Both the position numbers and the translations under genes were made by a program. The notes beneath the pieces were generated by a model. The model was given only the letters and a program-made list of their open reading frames with translations, was not told the DNA's origin and did not search any database. A stretch of 64,000 nucleotides of DNA, from NCBI GenBank assembly GCA_964462015.1, contig CAYWXI010000025.1, positions 3,329-67,328 on the forward strand, in the 5' to 3' direction. Positions 59,412 to 64,000 of this stretch are shown in pieces. Every line of letters begins with the position of its first letter. The first letter of the stretch is position 1. The DNA is from an uncultured Bacteroidales bacterium. Its GTDB lineage: Bacteria; Bacteroidota; Bacteroidia; Bacteroidales; JAEINX01.

Positions 59412-60836
59412 CTATTTTTTAATAAACTTTAATCGTTTTATTATTTTACCGTCAGTATCCTTAATATGCAAAATATAAAATGCTGATTTTAATGTGCTCA
59501 AATCAAAACATATTTCACTATTGGTTCGGAAAAATACAGATTGAACCAATTGTCCTGATTGATTATAGATTTCCAGCTCAACATCATTTAAATTTCCATT
59601 AATATATAGTTTATCAACGACCGGATTTGGGTAAATGTTAAAATTGCTATTGCTAAATTCATTCATACCCAAAACATAATCAATGATATCAATATTCCCA
59701 TTAGCATCAAATGGATCAGACCATTTGGGATCAGTATATACATCTTGGCTTGTAAGTGTCCTAAGAAAGCTTTCCAGGTCAATCTTTTCCTGTTGGGTAA
59801 AATTCAAATTCTGAAAGTGTCCGTTTGGTTTAAGTCTCGGATCAATATTATTATTGTAGGGCATTGCAATTAAATAAATCACTTCATAATGAAAGATCAC
59901 TTGTTCAAGGCTCTTAAACAAAGCATTGTGCATGAAATTTCCATTTATCTGACCTAAAGGATTAACCAAATCTCTGAGTGAAGGTGCTCGTGTAACAAGG
60001 CTGTCATTTCCCATACCGGATTGATTATGTAAACTATTCGGATCGATATCAAACTCCGGTGGCCGGTGACATTGAGCACAACCGGCTCCACCTCCGGTTC
60101 TTACTCCAACACTGTCAAAATGAGGTAAATTTATAAATAGCTCTTTCCCCGCATTTTCGGAGACTGTGAAATTTGGGAAGGGTGTAGAATCGTTGCTCAC
60201 AAAACTCCTGCCCTGGTCATATTTGGAATCAAAAGACTGAATGCTCCTTACAAACTGAGCCATTGCTTTTTGCATTCTTTCTTCAGTTATGATAGTATCT
60301 CCATAAACAAATTTAAATAGTGTATTGTAATAATCATTGGAATCCAGTTTTGCGATTAGGTCTGAAAAGCCAGGATCTCCTAATGTGTCACTATACCCCA
60401 TTTCTTTATGATCCCGGATGGGCATTGTAGTTTGCTTTTCCAGACTATCGGCACGCTCATCCCAGAAGTAATGAACTTCATCTGCAAATCGATTATTTAT
60501 CAAACGCATTGAATGCCGGCCAGTTTCCCCATTTACTCCCTGGCTAAAATCAGCAGTATCACTGAAAGCAAACTCTTGTTTATGACAACTGGCACATGAT
60601 ATTTGATTATCAGAAGATAGTTTTTTATCGTAAAACAATACGCGACCAAGCGTTGCTCCAGCGTCGGTAATAAGATTGGCTCCAGTATTGTCCTTATTTA
60701 TGTAATCCGGGACATCCTGATTAGCATAATTTGGCAAATTGTTTAAATCTATGGTTCCGGAAATTAGTATCAATGCACCAAATAGTAGCAAAATTGAAAG
60801 TATTTTACTTTTCGTCATGTTGTTTATGTTACTCAT
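59412..60836 (-). CDS. Di-haem cytochrome c peroxidase/MauG-family protein with T9SS-type C-terminal sorting domain
   Basis: Two CxxCH sites (SCASCHKQEF, CAQCHRPPEF). Signal KSKILSILLLFGALILISG. C-terminal NIYPNPVVDKLYINGN...AFYILHIKD. Confidence 0.75.
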   Translation of the reverse strand: MSNINNMTKSKILSILLLFGALILISGTIDLNNLPNYANQDVPDYINKDNTGANLITDAGATLGRVLFYDKKLSSDNQISCASCHKQEFAFSDTADFSQGVNGETGRHSMRLINNRFADEVHYFWDERADSLEKQTTMPIRDHKEMGYSDTLGDPGFSDLIAKLDSNDYYNTLFKFVYGDTIITEERMQKAMAQFVRSIQSFDSKYDQGRSFVSNDSTPFPNFTVSENAGKELFINLPHFDSVGVRTGGGAGCAQCHRPPEFDIDPNSLHNQSGMGNDSLVTRAPSLRDLVNPLGQINGNFMHNALFKSLEQVIFHYEVIYLIAMPYNNNIDPRLKPNGHFQNLNFTQQEKIDLESFLRTLTSQDVYTDPKWSDPFDANGNIDIIDYVLGMNEFSNSNFNIYPNPVVDKLYINGNLNDVELEIYNQSGQLVQSVFFRTNSEICFDLSTLKSAFYILHIKDTDGKIIKRLKFIKK

Positions 60837-60870
60837 GTACTTCTGTATTGTATGTGTTTAAGTCAAATTG

Positions 60871-61293
60871 TTATGTCAGCAAATTACTGAAAAATAACCT
60901 GGTGGGTGGAATAGTGTTCAGATCAAATAGATCCGCTTTTTCAATATGTAAACAGAAATATGTGAGGTCCTTATTGTCAAACGATTTATAAATATCCTTA
61001 AGAATTTTGTTTGCCTGAAAAATATCGAAGGCCTTGTCGTATGCGATATCAAAACTTACTGTTCCGCTAATTCGAACTGAAACATAATTGGTCATCCCCA
61101 GTGTTTCAATATTTGGGTTTTGCTGTAATTGCTTGTAAACTTCCTTGCTTCGGGATGTTGCAAAATACACTTTTCCATCTTCGACCTTCATCACCTTCAT
61201 GAACCGTAAACGTGGATTTCCGTCTTCATCTACCGTCGCAAATGCGAGGTCTTTATTCTGTTTTAGAAAATCAAATATTTTATCCATGATCAA
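60871..61293 (-). CDS. Pyridoxamine 5'-phosphate oxidase-like FMN-binding family protein
   Basis: LAFATVDEDGNPRLRFMKVMKVEDGKVYFATSRSKEVYKQLQQNPNIE is typical of the split-barrel PNPOx-like family. 140 aa. Confidence 0.65.
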   Translation of the reverse strand: MIMDKIFDFLKQNKDLAFATVDEDGNPRLRFMKVMKVEDGKVYFATSRSKEVYKQLQQNPNIETLGMTNYVSVRISGTVSFDIAYDKAFDIFQANKILKDIYKSFDNKDLTYFCLHIEKADLFDLNTIPPTRLFFSNLLT

Positions 61294-61304
61294 TTAACTA
61301 ACTA

Positions 61305-62180
61305 TTATCCTCTTTCTTTGAGGTTCTGGTCTTCCACATGGGTAACGATCTCACCGTATTTCAGGTTGAAGTTGTGTTTTTTCAACAGCTTCCTGATCAC
61401 AGGTTCCATCTCTTCCCTGTATTTCTTTGTTTGCGACCTTGCATAAATTTCCTGTACTTCCTCAGGTTCTTTTTTCAGCACCTTGTTAAGACGGCTTTTT
61501 ACATAAGAAGGTAAATTGAGGTATTCGATCTTTGCATTTCGTGTTCCGGTTTCTGCAATAGCTTCGAAAAGCTGGTTCAACAGCTGTGGTTTAAGTTTCA
61601 GATGCGGAACAACCGGGCCAATAAAAACATAGGTCTGAATGCCAGCATCATTGAGCGATTTCAGGGTTTTGATGCGTGCTCTGGCCAGTGGCGCCCTCAC
61701 TTCCAGAAAACGGCTAAGTGAATCATCGAAGGTGGTGATGCTCAGACCTACCTCCAGGTTATTGATCTTTTTCAACACATCAAGGTCTTTCAGTATCATG
61801 GGTGATTTGGTAAGCACACTCACCCGGCCATGGTAATCATGGTTGGCAAAGGTTTGTAAAATGCCACGTGTAAGTCTGTACTTGCTTTCGACACCCTGGT
61901 AAGGATCGGTTACTGTGCTCAGGATTACCCTTGGATGCGGGTCTTTTTTCATCAACCGTCTGATGTCCTTCTGCATCAGTTCAACAGCATTGGCTTTAAC
62001 ATATACATATTTGCCCCAGTTTTGATTGCTTTCTCCAACAAAGCGCCCCATGAAGGTGGCAAAGCAATACATGCAACCAAACTGGCATCCGGTATAGGCG
62101 TTGATCACATAATCAGCGCTGGGGACTGAAGTATGGCCTATGATGGATTTCGCCTGGATTTCTTTGATTTTAACGGGCAT
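61305..62180 (-). CDS. Radical SAM protein (COG1533 / SplB-like class)
   Basis: CxxxCxxC cluster motif YTGCQFGCMYCFA near the N-terminus. 291 aa. Confidence 0.7.
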   Translation of the reverse strand: MPVKIKEIQAKSIIGHTSVPSADYVINAYTGCQFGCMYCFATFMGRFVGESNQNWGKYVYVKANAVELMQKDIRRLMKKDPHPRVILSTVTDPYQGVESKYRLTRGILQTFANHDYHGRVSVLTKSPMILKDLDVLKKINNLEVGLSITTFDDSLSRFLEVRAPLARARIKTLKSLNDAGIQTYVFIGPVVPHLKLKPQLLNQLFEAIAETGTRNAKIEYLNLPSYVKSRLNKVLKKEPEEVQEIYARSQTKKYREEMEPVIRKLLKKHNFNLKYGEIVTHVEDQNLKERG

Positions 62181-62276
62181 TAAATTCGATTTTTACATGA
62201 AGGATGATTTAATAAATATTTATGCGAAAAAAAGCAGGTGTCTCAGTTGAAATCCCTGCATTATATGAAAATGGAA

Positions 62277-63059
62277 TTAGAATTTACCACTGTTTCCCCA
62301 CTGGTCTTTCGGAAGGATATTTTCCTGTATATCCCAGTGTTCAACGATCAATCCGTCTTTTACGCGGAATACATCGATAAAGCAATAGTCTTCATCGTTC
62401 ATTTTTGTATGGCTCAAAGTGGCAACAAAATTTCCCTGTCCCACCAACAGGTGCAACTTTTCATAACTGGATTTAATACCCTGTTCAGCCATTTCCTGAA
62501 CATGTTTACCAAAACCTTCCAAACCATCACCAACATAAGGATTGTGCTGGTCATATTGTTCGGTCGAGATATAGTCAGTTACCTTGTCAAATTTGCCACC
62601 AATAAGTACTTCATCAAAGAAATTACGGATCAGAGTTTTATTTTCTTCAGTTTTGTCAAGGTCTTCAATTTTGGTGGGCCCATCAACCATTGTACGCCCT
62701 GAAACAGTTTTTTCTTCATAAGCCTGGATCACATCCCAGTGCTCAACGATCTTGTCGTTTTCATCGGTATCAAAAATATCGGCAGTTACCCACTGCGCTT
62801 CACCATTATTAATATTCTGATAAACATGAACAAATACATAATTGCCATCTTCCCAGCAGCGTACGATGCGAATATCTCTTTGAGGGCAACGATTGACAAA
62901 AGGTTCAAAGAAAGCTACAAAACCTTCCACACCATCAGCAACACCTGTGCTGTGCTGAGTATAACGGTCGCCGGTGTATTTTGTAACGGCTTCTCTTACT
63001 TTACCATTTCTGATTCCTTCGAGGTAAAGTTTTTTGGCATTTTCTAGTTTTTGACTCAT
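62277..63059 (-). CDS. Tandem SnoaL-like / NTF2-fold protein
   Basis: Two halves, each ending in a [IV]VEHWDV motif (KIVEHWDVIQ, LIVEHWDIQE). Typical of SnoaL-like (COG4922-type) proteins. Confidence 0.6.
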   Translation of the reverse strand: MSQKLENAKKLYLEGIRNGKVREAVTKYTGDRYTQHSTGVADGVEGFVAFFEPFVNRCPQRDIRIVRCWEDGNYVFVHVYQNINNGEAQWVTADIFDTDENDKIVEHWDVIQAYEEKTVSGRTMVDGPTKIEDLDKTEENKTLIRNFFDEVLIGGKFDKVTDYISTEQYDQHNPYVGDGLEGFGKHVQEMAEQGIKSSYEKLHLLVGQGNFVATLSHTKMNDEDYCFIDVFRVKDGLIVEHWDIQENILPKDQWGNSGKF

Positions 63060-63152
63060 AATTGTAATTTTTAATGGTTAGTATTTGATAAAGGATTTGC
63101 CCGGTAAGGTAATGGTCCTTTCCGAGCAAATATAAATTATTATTTTCATTTA

Positions 63153-64000
63153 TTACCATTTTCCATTTGGATTGGCCCATACTTCCTCTGGTGGAATGAC
63201 TTGAACAACATCCCAGTGTTCAACGATCAAACCATTTTCTAAACGGAACAAATCAAAATATGCTGATGCAAGACCTGTAGTTTGATCAGGGAAACCTTGT
63301 GACATCATCAAGGCAAAATTACCTTGTACATGTATAAATTCAATAGATTCATAAAATGGTGTTCCTTCTGGTAAAGTTGATAAAAAGCCTAATAATGGCT
63401 GAATATCTGTCCCATAACCAACACTGTGCTGTGTGTAATTGGTTGTATCAAAATAATTGGCAATTGTACTGTACTGTCCTTCAATGAATATTTTCTGACT
63501 AGTTTCGGTGATGAGGGCACGATTGTCTTCTGTTCTATCTAGATCGGTTGCCGGAGTAAGAGCACCATTCAACTGAGTAGTTCCGTCACCATCATCAACT
63601 TTTTTGGTCAGGTTATCCCAGTGCTCAACGATCAGGTCGTTTTCAAACCTGAACACATCGAAAACCACCTGAACAGTATCTTTGTTCCATGTGCCTCCGT
63701 ATTCAGAGTGAAGTACAACATAGTCCCCGTCCTCAAAAGAACGTACAGTTTCGATTGTCGTTCCATCAAAAGCACCTGATTCAACTGCACCTATAACAGC
63801 TGCTGCTCCATCAGGATAAAACAGGTTGTGCTGGGTATAGTTATCCTTATCCAGGTAGTCTTCCATAGCAGTAATATCTCCGTTTTCAATAGATTCAAGG
63901 ACTGCTACTGCCATTTCTGTATTCGTGGGTTGCGGTTCCGGCTCTAGTTCAGGATTTTCATCTTTTGAACATCCAATAAATGATATAGCTACAAATGCTA
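63153..64000 (-). CDS. Tandem SnoaL-like / NTF2-fold lipoprotein, paralog of 62277..63059; 5' end beyond the window
   Basis: The frame stays open upstream of the listed Met and reads ...AFVAISFIGCSKDENPELEPEPQPTNTE-MAVAVLES (lipobox FIGC). Two LIVEHWD motifs. Confidence 0.65.
   Translation of the reverse strand, partial: AFVAISFIGCSKDENPELEPEPQPTNTEMAVAVLESIENGDITAMEDYLDKDNYTQHNLFYPDGAAAVIGAVESGAFDGTTIETVRSFEDGDYVVLHSEYGGTWNKDTVQVVFDVFRFENDLIVEHWDNLTKKVDDGDGTTQLNGALTPATDLDRTEDNRALITETSQKIFIEGQYSTIANYFDTTNYTQHSVGYGTDIQPLLGFLSTLPEGTPFYESIEFIHVQGNFALMMSQGFPDQTTGLASAYFDLFRLENGLIVEHWDVVQVIPPEEVWANPNGKW

Noticed and set aside
1-64000. rRNA, tRNA, tmRNA, RNase P, transposase and integrase genes.
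   Set aside because: I saw none while reading the intergenic regions and ORF products. This is a by-eye negative, and tRNAscan-SE/Infernal should confirm it.

Overview
AT-rich window that reads like a Bacteroidota (FCB-group) chromosome segment. Many secreted proteins end in T9SS-type C-terminal sorting domains (CTDs), TAnnTTTG-type promoter motifs are visible, and genes are tightly packed. All calls come from reading the six-frame track and the DNA by eye. No search was run, so family names are motif-level recognitions.

Layout:
- 1-20 kb: surface-protein neighbourhood. It holds a large FN3-rich protein running off the left edge (not in the ORF track), a membrane AraC regulator, an LRR protein, a tail-fibre-like FISUMP protein plus a truncated 5' copy of it, a Crp regulator, a gingipain-like C25 peptidase, a CBM9/DUF5916 protein and a UDG-like protein.
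- 20.3-21.1 kb: an orphan nucleotidyltransferase flanked by about 55-bp direct repeats.
- 21.2-32.3 kb: a nine-gene Cu/Ag-type RND efflux operon with an HMA-AraC regulator, HMA chaperones and an embedded DUF255 thioredoxin-fold gene.
- 32.6-38.5 kb: an FtsX permease and a propeller-type sensor kinase.
- 38.5-55.5 kb: four paralogous secreted FISUMP (lectin-like) proteins, interrupted by argR-carAB and followed by a divergent 1293-aa T9SS protein.
- 55.9-56.4 kb: yefM-yoeB toxin-antitoxin pair.
- 57-64 kb: a redox/thiol cluster with egtD plus a rhodanese (eanAB-like anaerobic ergothioneine pair), a di-haem peroxidase, a PNPOx-like protein, a radical SAM protein and two SnoaL-like proteins.

Main hunt result: two protein modules I cannot assign to any named family are shuffled among seven secreted proteins with unrelated heads (LRR, C25 protease, four FISUMP lectins and a 5x-repeat giant).
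- One is a tandem 'RNSxG..LRKIGPxWVNGIG' pair (R1-R2).
- The other is a ~125-aa 'GGN..GDEIAIFDG..PYGDAW' module (N).
- Three T9SS cargos carry them as a conserved R1-R2-N-CTD cassette. I suggest this is an undescribed surface-display or assembly system.

Several conserved non-coding palindromes and repeats accompany these genes. I recognised no rRNA, tRNA, CRISPR array, transposase or integrase.
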